From an uncultured virus (IMG/VR IMGVR_UViG_3300036985_007154) (taxonomy: Duplodnaviria > Heunggongvirae > Uroviricota > Caudoviricetes), in the IMG/VR virus record IMGVR_UViG_3300036985_007154: a DNA stretch of 64,000 bases; one strand, written 5' to 3'. Shown here in pieces: positions 42,001 through 50,597 of this stretch. The translations under genes were made by a program, and so were the position numbers. The number at the start of each line of letters is the position of its first letter. The first letter of the stretch is position 1. The notes under the pieces are model-generated. The model ran no database searches and had not been told where the DNA came from. It worked only from the letters and a program-made list of their open reading frames with translations.

Positions 42001-43750
42001 TCCTAAAGAATTGGCAGATGCTCTAAAAAGAATAATACCAAACGACCCTGTTCGACAAACTATTATATATTGTATTTCATATATCAGAACATTTCAACCA
42101 GACGCAACCACAAAAATCGGAAGTTTTAATGCTTGGAATTATAACCTTTGTACAATTTCTTTAGAAACAAATTTGTATGGACAAGTTTCTCAAATTCAAA
42201 AAACTTATAGTTGTGTAAATATTAAAACAAGCCCTGCTTCTAATTCTTCTCAACCAGTTGCCCATTTTGCTTCTTTGGATTCATACATAAATTTTATGTC
42301 TGGTAGATTGGCACAACGAGAACCCCAAATATTGAATATTGGATTAGTAAAGTACTATGTATGTCATTGGCCAACAGATAATATAGAAGAAAGTTATTAT
42401 GATTCAAATATTGGTACGTTCAAACAAACCAAAGACACAATGTATGAAGCCCTTAAATCTTCAGTAGAGGCTGGTTTGACAGATACTAATTTGTCTATTG
42501 AATTCAAAATTAAAATAGAAGATACCGAAAGTAAGGGTAAAACCCCAGGAGTTACTCCAACACCATCACCAGTACCATTAAATGAAGGACAGACCTGTCC
42601 ACCTCCTGTAGTAACAACATTCTCACCATCGGCAGGATATACAGGTACTATAGTTCAAGTTAATGGTAGAAACTTTGAATCGGTTAAATCAATTAAAGTT
42701 ATTGATAAAGTTGTTGAGTTAAAAGACATTACAGTCTTGAATAGAGAAACATTGAGATTCAATTTACCTGAAATTCAAATACCTTTGGGGCAACAAGTTG
42801 CAACAGGAAGAATAACAGTTACTACCGAATATGGAACATTCGAGAGTTTGGTAGATTTCACATTTAATCGAGCATTACAGAATTTTACAGCGTCATCACC
42901 AGGTGCATATGCGAATACTAAAACTCAAGAACAATCGAGTGTATCACAACAAGATAAAGCTGGATCGAATCTTAATCCTCAAAATGATGGTGTAGTACCA
43001 TTAGTTGTTTCAACCGAGACAAAGAGTGTATTGGGAGGAAGCGAAATGTTAACAATAACCGTCAATCCTGAAGCTGGATCTTGGGTAATAAATGATATTC
43101 CTACTTTTAGTTATGACTACAAAATAAATCAAACTCAAAACAATTCAAATAGTACAATATTGACAACTACAACTTACGAAGGAAATAATAAAGCTTTGGA
43201 AGGGTATGTTTCATCAGACGGACAAACGTTCTCTATAGATAGGGAAGATTTTATTAATTCACAGTTTGATATTGACCGTGAAGAATTCAAAGATGTGTTA
43301 TTGAGAATTAACACTATGATATATTTGGAAGCAACTCCGTTAGATAAAGAGAATAATCCAAAAAATTTCGAACGTCAGTATCCATTTGAAATAGTCATTC
43401 CGCCTTCGACACCACCTAATCCTGCTCGAATATTGGAAGTATCTAACGTTAGTGATATTGCTCTCCCATCATTACAGGGTGAAAATTTCTACAACATAGA
43501 AAAACCAAATGGAGGATATATAACGTTTGAATTCGTGTGTGAAAATGTTATTATGAAACAATCACCTAAAGTATTCAGTATCCCTGAAAATACTGAACAG
43601 GTAATTACTGTTCAAAATAATGGAAATACTAAATATACTAACTTAATAACCTTAAAATCTTTAGGTCAGTTCCAATTGGGTATTCAGTTTGAGGTATCTC
43701 AATATCCTGGAATAACTTTTACTGCAAGGTCTTCAAGATTTACTTTATAA
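36011..43750 (+). CDS. 2579-aa putative baseplate hub protein (gp27/GpD-like motifs) with an IPT/TIG domain
   Basis: 'LGNALIQPTMYF...FNGPYMITSVSHSI..GSFQTTF.G.R'; IPT-like 'PVVTTFSPSAGYTGTIVQVNGRNF'. Confidence 0.6.
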   Translation: MAGNIQADTSGNILVEFDYNNIIVVDPNKTIDDFGNIKERLVDHESLVMYANLEADVLPRTKLAAGGSPEDRIRTISVAKINFLKPTKNSYLGTGYYDQLTGDNSTQFNAENQPKEVGIKGTDGQDAYIRNTVVDETNIIDNGLLGITSINITTNTSFIPSVEILLEDVQGKGLFELGNNSPYSAFFNLPYPQFYLTLKGYYGQAVRYQLNLEKFHASFNGFSGNYLVRLQFKGYKFNILNEVAMGHLLAAPHMYSQRFDISQTVAGPQQSNNSAESQASTQAEKGANNLGSNQAVVTQIVAEKGYQKIVEVYSEYKAKGLIDFNFPELTLVQLMNKLETFEQNIVDSFDKTEVESLTNIRNYKGILTQYFNRIRASNNSWFNTYLNTKPIVLIGNKNVYVFKDLSQSVKDTAISELQSNIVEFNSSLAENPTLGSKGTDSIPNPIKINMIVIVPPPITEIDWRETTRVQTGITNPTEEDVLKTQNLYAYLWKPVIEQSTFDGKKIYNQVSQGWFVFEGDGKFDKEISLLETQANKKLSDYESKISAALLRKIEDTATGIGFTPTVRNIIAVIMASTEGFIRLLDDVHTNAWNVKYDPVRKKAILDNPTSAPSSETVDQVVRASTNLVNQNELDDIVNNSEIPVYPWPQYFVESPDDKKGRFQLKYLADPSVVDTTQGYLFDKWPEVEFVEEYMKGLTQKFQNPSAPPPLDSERDTNIININAIEYPSTGIPYTNKEEVKFFYEIWERQFLTSHYSGLVRANLNQVDELIKLNIETEVNNIVTKLGLSSPYLTLKLKNFNLDATNYPDFLKTISNSGTGRAYQDYIRDFFVTPYIKGITENSFAILNALDLGKIPQVSTKSDALRLLLNNASNTPLIVDTLPYTDSTWCLNNLNQGNSAVSNQVYSTNKSLTIFEPRKIIANFTDVYDYTTNRPVTNFSYLLNRNPSIEVSTDGALNSGNENLAAFFFQRSPDNFIATEGYVDGITPNSANSIDRFLRLRSTTSMLNTPYFVNAIQNGVYNSRISGNNYPYVQAAYLFLNSLPLATLREKYKSVSNNVVSDLDYISSSLKKFGAIHKLPYAWILKYGSIWYRYKKYKESNVDILETAWNNFDYAGNYYPPTSSTTQTYSFKYSGLETNIQLQSEGVTQIQMQVGFYPKLINDFSVFYNGYDLYQNYTDTEIQNSVNAGMKIYNFSSSNIVNAKQGDKNLRLNTWSVLLPNLSPEVPIDCNPKDNTKGGDYFVIPSFGTPFNQTVNSCIQNVTTIPSTTVDLTNNPNVYNGSVRCLWPASNFGYFDSNQLAFPEPDSYLNFITTGSTSQAPLHFLTQNTYTKIEEVFSVFEKKILDTFELEFLNFCKPISNATVSGDVSTFGQSTVNLNANFKNFQSLFKSLMTVPSKVQGETDEQYFTNTINNQYSLFQSGIRSFMDYDIIFKYGNPSNYQRRIFDSYLSHNNTDVVVDPITFNPYVPNSLPQAGSDLTLSQSQSSNSQAWLALETEVGFSTILNVRYSSLGSYITDFFIDNNIEFTSQNVTLLAPIIKMYATQKLKNPSISAAQFQTQLNQYLQQEVGLQNNFLNGVLTGVRKTLPNQQQLPERVINSVITGEQSKVENYEVFKALNDKWVAGGDYTTKTLFEDMLFLDRASRNIGDTILLDIFDLKAMFGVGGEPGQYSLNQAMSVFTFISGILIKNNFTVMPLPAYVNFYNVQDVGGVATPKPEGSLEFANKLWGTFLDVDYRDSGPKMVCFYVGKPSQYLNLPKGNFRFRDDAFDMRRASENPLLEDQNGKTDYDKSNKCVGFNVDVGTRNQNIFYSFTVSQDNGVATSESINTQLNMVDQASGRSIATQNNSLYNLYKNRSYKSSVTSLGNALIQPTMYFNVRHVPMFNGPYMITSVSHSIQPGSFQTTFDGIRQGIFDLPAIDSFLQSINQNLITKLEELLKINKDQVTVSATTNNVKATQVVQKADNTLDTTNSCTSKITDPVYLNGGYVAENGVSTKITPKELADALKRIIPNDPVRQTIIYCISYIRTFQPDATTKIGSFNAWNYNLCTISLETNLYGQVSQIQKTYSCVNIKTSPASNSSQPVAHFASLDSYINFMSGRLAQREPQILNIGLVKYYVCHWPTDNIEESYYDSNIGTFKQTKDTMYEALKSSVEAGLTDTNLSIEFKIKIEDTESKGKTPGVTPTPSPVPLNEGQTCPPPVVTTFSPSAGYTGTIVQVNGRNFESVKSIKVIDKVVELKDITVLNRETLRFNLPEIQIPLGQQVATGRITVTTEYGTFESLVDFTFNRALQNFTASSPGAYANTKTQEQSSVSQQDKAGSNLNPQNDGVVPLVVSTETKSVLGGSEMLTITVNPEAGSWVINDIPTFSYDYKINQTQNNSNSTILTTTTYEGNNKALEGYVSSDGQTFSIDREDFINSQFDIDREEFKDVLLRINTMIYLEATPLDKENNPKNFERQYPFEIVIPPSTPPNPARILEVSNVSDIALPSLQGENFYNIEKPNGGYITFEFVCENVIMKQSPKVFSIPENTEQVITVQNNGNTKYTNLITLKSLGQFQLGIQFEVSQYPGITFTARSSRFTL

Positions 43751-43781
43751 CATAACAATATATTTATATAAAAAGATTCAT

Positions 43782-44006
43782 ATGAACATTAAATCAGCAT
43801 TAGACAATTATCTTGGTAAATCTGTAAGATTTTCACAGGAAGACAATGGAGACGGAACAAAACAAGTTTGTGACTTGGATACAGGTGATTGTTACACAGT
43901 AAGAGAAAGGGATGGACTTATCGAAAGAGCGGGTCATCAAACTACTGCAAACCGAAAGGTTAGAGTAGAAACCGCCAACGGAATAAAAACATTATTAAAC
44001 GGTTAA
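43782..44006 (+). CDS. Hypothetical protein
   Basis: 74-aa ORF with TATTTATA at 43761-43768. Confidence 0.7.
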   Translation: MNIKSALDNYLGKSVRFSQEDNGDGTKQVCDLDTGDCYTVRERDGLIERAGHQTTANRKVRVETANGIKTLLNG

Positions 44007-44009
44007 ACC

Positions 44010-44696
44010 ATGAGTTTAGATAAGAAAATTATTAAGGAGATTGAAAGACATAGAAAAATCAATCAGTATATATTAGAGCAAGTTGGTGCGACTCCTGAAC
44101 AAGATGCGTTAGGAGCATTGGCACCTGTACCTGGTGCAGTACCTGCTCCAGCTCCATCTGAGGCAGTACCACCATTGCCACCTGATGGAGGAGGATCTGG
44201 ATCACAAGCAATTGATGTTGAATCAGATCCCGATGTTGAAAAAATTGATGATAAAGGAGAATCAGAAGAAACTGGAAAAGAATCAGGTTCTGAAGAATTA
44301 GATATTACTGAATTGGTAGATTCACAAAAAAATATCGAAACCAAACAAGAAGAATACTTCAACAATTTATTCAACCAACTTAATGATTTACAATCTAAGT
44401 TAGGTGAGATGGATAACATCATGAATAAACTTAATTCTCTTGAAAGTAAAATAGAGAAGTATAGAGAAAAAACTCCACAAGAAAAGTTAGAGTTAAGAAC
44501 CTATGACTCTTATCCATTCAGTCAAAAACTTTCACAATTTTTTGATGATAAGTCAGAAGAAATGGAAAAGACCGGAAAAAATGATTATGTTTTAACCTCA
44601 GACGAGGTTACAGATATAAATGTAAATGATATAAAAAATTCGTTCCAACCTGGTGGAGGTTTAGATAAGGAAGTCTATAAAACATCGTTCAGGTAA
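44010..44696 (+). CDS. Acidic coiled-coil hypothetical protein (possible prohead core/scaffold-like)
   Basis: Pro/Ala/Gly-rich segment, acidic stretch and a heptad region; function is inference only. Confidence 0.6.
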   Translation: MSLDKKIIKEIERHRKINQYILEQVGATPEQDALGALAPVPGAVPAPAPSEAVPPLPPDGGGSGSQAIDVESDPDVEKIDDKGESEETGKESGSEELDITELVDSQKNIETKQEEYFNNLFNQLNDLQSKLGEMDNIMNKLNSLESKIEKYREKTPQEKLELRTYDSYPFSQKLSQFFDDKSEEMEKTGKNDYVLTSDEVTDINVNDIKNSFQPGGGLDKEVYKTSFR

Positions 44697-44713
44697 TATC
44701 GAACAAACTATAT

Positions 44714-44740
44714 AAAAGGTACCTCATGGTACCTTTTTTT
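44714..44740 (+). terminator. Intrinsic terminator
   Basis: AAAAGGTACC-TCAT-GGTACC followed by T7. Confidence 0.8.
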
Positions 44741-44741
44741 A

Positions 44742-44772
44742 TTTGACATAGTCACAGTTTTACTTATATTTG
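44742..44772 (+). promoter_or_regulatory. Bacteroidota primary-sigma-type promoter upstream of the replication block
   Basis: TTTG(44742-44745)-N19-TATATTTG(44765-44772), an exact match to TTTG-N19-21-TAnnTTTG. Confidence 0.65.
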
Positions 44773-44806
44773 TATAAATAATTTATTAATTTAATCTATA
44801 AAAAAC

Positions 44807-45655
44807 ATGAGTTCATTAGACGCCGTATTGGCACAGTACGAAAAATCACAACAAGGGGGCGGGGCCCAATCGAAAATGTCGCAAGACGAAAGAATGAAAA
44901 AGTATTTCGCTTTAATCTTAGGAGACAAAGAGAAATCAGGACAGAGAAGAGTGAGAATTCTTCCAACTTCAGATGGTTCATCACCATTCAAAGAAGCATG
45001 GTACCACGAAATTCAAGTGGGCGGACAGTGGCAGAAATTCTACGATCCAGGAAAAAATGACAACGAACGTTCACCTTTGAATGAGGTTTACGAAGAATTG
45101 ATGTCTACAGGTAAAGAGTCTGACAAATTATTGGCGGCTCAGTATCGTTCACGAAAATTCTATATTGTGAAAGTAATTGACAGAGACCACGAGGAAGACG
45201 GTCCAAAGTTTTGGAGATTCAAACACAACTTCAAGAATGATGGTATCCTTGATAAAATCATTCCTATTTGGAGAAACAAAGGAGATATTACCGACCCTGA
45301 GAAAGGACGGGACTTGATTATTGAACTATCCAAAGCAAAGACTCCTAAAGGTAAAGAGTACACAACGGTTTCGACTATTATGTATGATGATCCAGCACCA
45401 GTACATGAAGATAAACAGCAATCAAAGGCTTGGATGGAAGATGCGTTGACTTGGTTGGACGTTTACTCCAAAAAACCTGTTGATTATCTTGAGGCAATCG
45501 CAAGAGGTGAAACTCCAAAGTGGGATTCAGATAAAGGTGGATATGTTTACGGAGACAGTTCAGTTGAAACCGAATCATTCGGTGGAGGTTCCAAAAAATC
45601 CTCATATGTAGATCCACAGATGGACGACGAACCATCATCAGATTTACCATTCTAA
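44807..45655 (+). CDS. Single-stranded DNA-binding protein (T4 gp32-like)
   Basis: 'VRILP', 'VKVIDRD', 'DITDPEKGRDLII', acidic tail ending 'DLPF'. Confidence 0.8.
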   Translation: MSSLDAVLAQYEKSQQGGGAQSKMSQDERMKKYFALILGDKEKSGQRRVRILPTSDGSSPFKEAWYHEIQVGGQWQKFYDPGKNDNERSPLNEVYEELMSTGKESDKLLAAQYRSRKFYIVKVIDRDHEEDGPKFWRFKHNFKNDGILDKIIPIWRNKGDITDPEKGRDLIIELSKAKTPKGKEYTTVSTIMYDDPAPVHEDKQQSKAWMEDALTWLDVYSKKPVDYLEAIARGETPKWDSDKGGYVYGDSSVETESFGGGSKKSSYVDPQMDDEPSSDLPF

Positions 45656-45666
45656 TTAAATAACTC

Positions 45667-45697
45667 AACTCGGATACTATTTTAGTGTCCGAGTTTT
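45667..45697 (+). terminator. Hairpin / terminator between the SSB and recombinase genes
   Basis: AACTCGGATACTA-TTT-TAGTGTCCGAGTT followed by TT. Confidence 0.65.
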
Positions 45698-45710
45698 ACT
45701 CACATTCCTT

Positions 45711-46712
45711 ATGGCAATTAAAAAGAACGACTTCGAAAGTTTGAAGAAAAAATTCTCAACTTCGGCAAAATATAAACCCCAAAGATTTTTTGATTTGGGT
45801 GAAGATTTCTTAGATGCCGTTGGACTTCCTGGTCCTGCCATTGGACATCTTAACATGTTCTTGGGTCACTCTGATACTGGTAAGACTACTGCTTTGGTAA
45901 AGGCTGCGGTTGATGCCCAGAAGAAAGGTATTCTTCCTGTGTTCATTATTACGGAACAGAAATGGAGCTTTGACCATGCTAAATTGATGGGATTCCAATG
46001 TGAAGAAATTGTTGATGAAGAAACAGGAGAATTAGATTGGGATGGATTTTACATCTTCAATAATAACTTTAGTTACATTGAACAAATTACTGACTACATT
46101 AATAGTTTATTGGATGCTCAAGAAAAAGGTGAGTTGGATTATAGTTTGTTGTTCCTATGGGATTCAGTTGGTTCAGTTCCTTGTAAGATGACTTATGAAG
46201 GAAAAGGTGGAAAGCAACACAACGCTTCTACTTTGGCGGATAAAATTGGAATGGGTATTAACCAACGTATTTCAGGGTCTCGTAAATCTGATTCAAAATA
46301 TGAAAACACTTTGGTTATTGTTAATCAACCTTGGGTTGAACTTCCAGATAATCCATTTGGTCAACCTAAAATTAAGGCTAAGGGTGGTGAAGCCATTTGG
46401 TTAAACTCTTCTTTGGTATTCTTATTTGGTAATCAAAAGGGAGCGGGAACAACTAAGATTACTGCGACCAAAGACAAAAGGACAATTAAGTTTGCGTCAA
46501 GGACAAAAGTTTCTGTAATGAAAAACCACATCAACGGATTGGGTTATGATGACGGAAAAATTATTGTTACTCCACACGGATTCATTGGAGGTAAAGAGGC
46601 TGCTGAAGAGAAAGTCTCATTGGAGAAATACAAAAAAGAGTATGCTGACTATTGGAAAGATATTATCGGAACTGATGGTGATTTTACTCTGAAAGAAGAA
46701 AAAGAAGACTAG
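45711..46712 (+). CDS. RecA/UvsX-like recombinase
   Basis: Walker A 'GHSDTGKT', 'WDSVGS', 'IVNQ', 'KGGEA'. Confidence 0.9.
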   Translation: MAIKKNDFESLKKKFSTSAKYKPQRFFDLGEDFLDAVGLPGPAIGHLNMFLGHSDTGKTTALVKAAVDAQKKGILPVFIITEQKWSFDHAKLMGFQCEEIVDEETGELDWDGFYIFNNNFSYIEQITDYINSLLDAQEKGELDYSLLFLWDSVGSVPCKMTYEGKGGKQHNASTLADKIGMGINQRISGSRKSDSKYENTLVIVNQPWVELPDNPFGQPKIKAKGGEAIWLNSSLVFLFGNQKGAGTTKITATKDKRTIKFASRTKVSVMKNHINGLGYDDGKIIVTPHGFIGGKEAAEEKVSLEKYKKEYADYWKDIIGTDGDFTLKEEKED

Positions 46713-46741
46713 TTTATTATTTCACACTTAAATCACGAATT

Positions 46742-47743
46742 GTGATTAAAACGTTATTAGTGGACGGAGACAATCTGTTCAAGATAGGATTTCATGGAGT
46801 AAAGGAGTTGTATAATGGTGGAGACCACTTAGGTGGAATCTACCATTTTATAAACATTTTGAGAAAATTTTTAGAAGAACACAATCACGATAAGGTTGTG
46901 GTATTTTGGGATGGTGACTCTAACTCTTCCGTAAGGAAATCTATATATCCCCAATACAAAGCAAATCGTCGTCAAGATATGAACGAGTTTAAGTACGAGT
47001 CATATCTTCAACAGAAGTCGCGTGTTAAACAATACCTTGAGGAAATTTTTGTTCGTCAGGTTGAAATGACTAACAACGAGGCGGATGACCTTATTGCGTA
47101 TTATACCAAACTATCTGTCAATGAAGAAATCATTATATTTTCGGCAGACAAAGACTTAACCCAACTTATCTCAGAACGGGTAACCATCTATTCTCCGACC
47201 TCCAAACAATATTATAGGTATGGAGACATGATTACCATTAACAAGGTCAACATACCCCACCAAAATGTCTTATTAACCAAAATTTTGACGGGGGATAAGT
47301 CCGACAACATAGATGGTATTGAAATGTTGGGAGAAAAGACTTTGGTTAAACTATTCCCTCAGATGTTGGAAAAATCATGCACTATCGAGGAAATATTAGA
47401 TAACGCACGAAATATAGAGCAAAAGAAAAAACCAAAGGCGTTAGAGAACATTTTGATTGGTAAAACTAAAAGCGGTACATTTGGAGAACAATTCTTTGAA
47501 ACAAACAAAAAAATCGTGGATCTTCACAATCCTTTAATCACTGATGATGGGAAAGAACTTGTGGAACAAATACACACAGATACAATAGACCCCACAGACC
47601 GTGGATACAAAAACTTGATGAGAATGATGATGGAGGACGGACTCTTCAAGTACCTACCCAAGAACGATGAGGCTTGGGTAAATTTCCTCAAACCATTTAT
47701 GAAACTTACACGAAAAGAAAAAAGAAACACAAACAAAAATTAA
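46742..47743 (+). CDS. 5'-3' exonuclease / flap endonuclease (T4 RNase H or PolA N-terminal type)
   Basis: 'LVDG', 'YKANR', 'EADD', 'SADKDL.QL', 'GDKSDNI.G...GEKT'. Confidence 0.92.
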   Translation: MIKTLLVDGDNLFKIGFHGVKELYNGGDHLGGIYHFINILRKFLEEHNHDKVVVFWDGDSNSSVRKSIYPQYKANRRQDMNEFKYESYLQQKSRVKQYLEEIFVRQVEMTNNEADDLIAYYTKLSVNEEIIIFSADKDLTQLISERVTIYSPTSKQYYRYGDMITINKVNIPHQNVLLTKILTGDKSDNIDGIEMLGEKTLVKLFPQMLEKSCTIEEILDNARNIEQKKKPKALENILIGKTKSGTFGEQFFETNKKIVDLHNPLITDDGKELVEQIHTDTIDPTDRGYKNLMRMMMEDGLFKYLPKNDEAWVNFLKPFMKLTRKEKRNTNKN

Positions 47744-47750
47744 AAACTTT

Positions 47751-48203
47751 ATGAAAGAGCAAGACAGTACCAAAATGGAATTTCTTCTAACCCTTAACGA
47801 CAATATTGTTGTCCAAAGGTATTTCAATGTTAGAGGGTATAATCCGACAGCAAAAAACTCAATTGAATTCTACGACTTAATTAATAACATTAAAGAAGAT
47901 TTACAATATCACTTGAAAATGAAAACTGTTATTTACATGACGGATAATAGTGAATCCATTATGCATGACCCTTCAGTTATGGATACCTCTTATACTGATG
48001 GACCAGAAATCTTCAACATTCTTGTTAAGAATGGGGATACGACAATTTGTCATAGAATTTTTGATGGAAAATATTTTCCACCCAAAGTTCGTTATACCGT
48101 TGACGTACGACCATTTTTGAAAGACATTCTCAGAGAATTAACTGACATTTTTTCAGAACAAAGATTATCTTATCAATATTTGGATTTTGATTTGAGTAAG
48201 TGA
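47751..48203 (+). CDS. Hypothetical protein
   Basis: 150-aa ORF within the replication block. Confidence 0.75.
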   Translation: MKEQDSTKMEFLLTLNDNIVVQRYFNVRGYNPTAKNSIEFYDLINNIKEDLQYHLKMKTVIYMTDNSESIMHDPSVMDTSYTDGPEIFNILVKNGDTTICHRIFDGKYFPPKVRYTVDVRPFLKDILRELTDIFSEQRLSYQYLDFDLSK

Positions 48204-48238
48204 GTATTTAATAATACACAGGGGAGCAATACAAATAT

Positions 48239-49615
48239 ATGAACAAAAATTTCGATTACTTAGGGAACACTTTTCAGATTCAGTTATTGAATCAGATAGT
48301 GGTAGATAAAGATTTTTCATCGTCTATTCTTGATGTCATCGAGTCCACATACTTTGATAACAAGTATTTCAAAATCCTTTTACAGATGGTTAAGGAATAC
48401 TACGTAAAGTATGAGTCAACCCCTAACTTCGAAACTCTCGAACAAATTATCAAGTCTGAAGTTTCTCAAGAATTGGTGGCAAAAATTGTTTTAGACACAC
48501 TTAAACAAGTTAAAGACGCACCAGTCGAAGGAACACAGTTTGTCCAAGAAAAGGCTTTGAAATTCTGTAAACAACAAGAACTTCAGAAGGCGATGGACAA
48601 GGCTCAAAAAATTATTACTCAAGGAGATTTTGAGTCTTATGATAAAGTGGAGGGGTTAGTTAGAGAGGCACTACAAGTCGGTGAAATTGAGAAGGGTCAA
48701 ACAGATATTTTCTCAGGTTTGGAGACGGTGTTAGATGAGGACTACAGACATCCAATACCTATGGGTATACCAGGGATTGACAGATTACTTAAAGGTGGAC
48801 TGGCGAAGGGTGAGATAGGTGTAATCCTTGCACCAACAGGTGTTGGTAAGACTACTATCTTAACCAAGATTGCGAACACAGCGTTTAACTTGGGATACAA
48901 TGTCCTTCAGGTGTTTTTTGAGGACAACCCTAAAATTGTTCAGAGAAAACACTTTACGATTTGGACAGGTATTCCACCTGACGAGTTATCGAAACACAGA
49001 GAAGATGTAATTAGTAAGGTTACTGAGATACAAGAAACTATGAAGAACAAACTTGTGTTGAAGAAATTGGCATCGGATAGTATGACGATGAATCAAATCA
49101 AAAACCAAGTCAGAAAAATTATTGCTGATGGAAATAAAATTGATATGATTCTGATGGATTATATCGATTGTGTGTTACCTGAGTCAACAGCGAGAGATGA
49201 ATGGAAAGCGGAAGGTTCGGTAATGAGAGGATTCGAGGCGATGTGTCATGAACTTGATTTGGTTGGTTGGACAGCAACACAGGGTAATAGAAGTTCTATT
49301 TCAGCTGAGGTTGTAACAACAGACCAAATGGGAGGGTCAATTAAGAAAGCTCAAGTTGGGCACGTAATCATTACGGTGGCAAAAACTCTTCAACAAAAAG
49401 AATTACATTTGGCTACGATAGCGATAACAAAATCTCGTTTAGGTAAAGACGGAGTTGTGTTTGAGAACTGTAAATTCAACAACGAACTATTGGAAATCGA
49501 TACGGAAAGTTCGGTTACATTCTTAGGTTTCGAAGAACAACAAGAAGAGAAGAAACGAGACAGAGTTAAGGAGTTGATGGAGAAGAGAAAACAAAAAGAA
49601 CAACAACAATTATAA
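48239..49615 (+). CDS. DnaB-like replicative helicase
   Basis: 'GGLAKGE', 'APTGVGKT', 'MDYID', 'TATQGNR', 'KSR.G'. Confidence 0.92.
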   Translation: MNKNFDYLGNTFQIQLLNQIVVDKDFSSSILDVIESTYFDNKYFKILLQMVKEYYVKYESTPNFETLEQIIKSEVSQELVAKIVLDTLKQVKDAPVEGTQFVQEKALKFCKQQELQKAMDKAQKIITQGDFESYDKVEGLVREALQVGEIEKGQTDIFSGLETVLDEDYRHPIPMGIPGIDRLLKGGLAKGEIGVILAPTGVGKTTILTKIANTAFNLGYNVLQVFFEDNPKIVQRKHFTIWTGIPPDELSKHREDVISKVTEIQETMKNKLVLKKLASDSMTMNQIKNQVRKIIADGNKIDMILMDYIDCVLPESTARDEWKAEGSVMRGFEAMCHELDLVGWTATQGNRSSISAEVVTTDQMGGSIKKAQVGHVIITVAKTLQQKELHLATIAITKSRLGKDGVVFENCKFNNELLEIDTESSVTFLGFEEQQEEKKRDRVKELMEKRKQKEQQQL

Positions 49616-49631
49616 AAATACACAATTAATT

Positions 49632-50579
49632 ATGGAAAAAATTTTAATAGAGAATCCTAATAGATTCGTTATATTCCCAATTGAGCACAATGATATTTGG
49701 GAATTTTATAAACAACATCAAGCGGCATTTTGGACTGCGGAAGAAGTTGATTTAACAAATGACATTAGAGATTGGAATAACCTTACCGATAATGAGCAAT
49801 ATTTTATAAAGAATATTTTATCATTCTTCGCATCTTCTGATGGTATCGTTAATGAAAACCTTGCAGAAAATTTCTTGAAGGAAGTACAATATCCTGAAGC
49901 AAAGTTCTTCTACGGGTTTCAACTGATGATGGAGAATATCCACAGTTTGATGTATTCACTGTTGATTGATACTTACATCTCAAACGAGGAGGAAAAACAA
50001 TTGTGTTTTACCGCATTGGATAATCTACCTGCAGTACAGAAGAAAGCGAAATGGGCGTTCGATTGGATTGAGAATTCAACTTTTGCTGAGAGACTTATTG
50101 CGTTTGCAGCAGTTGAAGGTATCTTTTTCTCAGGGTCATTCTGTTCAATCTTTTGGTTGAAGTCAAGAGGTATTATGCAAGGACTAAGTAATGCGAACAG
50201 TCTAATTTTCAAAGATGAAAACCTACACTGTGACTTCGCAATTCACTTGGTGAACAACCACTTGGAAAACAAACCAAGTGAAAAAAGAATTAAAGGAATT
50301 CTATTGTCAGCACTTGAGATTGAGAAAGAATTTATCACTGAATCTCTACCAGTGTCACTAATTGGTATGAACTCTAACTTGATGAAACAATATCTTGAGT
50401 TCGTAACTGATGGTTTGTTGGTTAAGTTTGGATGTAAAAAAGAATTCAACGTTGAACAACCATTCAAATTTATGGAACAAATTGCCGTTGAGACTAAAGG
50501 TAACTTTTTCGAGTCAAGAACAATGGAATACCAAAAAGCGAAATTGAATGAAACAATATCATTTGATTCTGACTTTTAA
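49632..50579 (+). CDS. nrdB: Ribonucleotide reductase class Ia beta subunit
   Basis: 'FWTAEEVDL', 'ENIHSLMY', '[10 protein letters not shown]', 'DENLH', 'NFFE.R..EY'. Confidence 0.97.
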   Translation: MEKILIENPNRFVIFPIEHNDIWEFYKQHQAAFWTAEEVDLTNDIRDWNNLTDNEQYFIKNILSFFASSDGIVNENLAENFLKEVQYPEAKFFYGFQLMMENIHSLMYSLLIDTYISNEEEKQLCFTALDNLPAVQKKAKWAFDWIENSTFAERLIAFAAVEGIFFSGSFCSIFWLKSRGIMQGLSNANSLIFKDENLHCDFAIHLVNNHLENKPSEKRIKGILLSALEIEKEFITESLPVSLIGMNSNLMKQYLEFVTDGLLVKFGCKKEFNVEQPFKFMEQIAVETKGNFFESRTMEYQKAKLNETISFDSDF

Positions 50580-50597
50580 TTTAATATCTTAATACAT

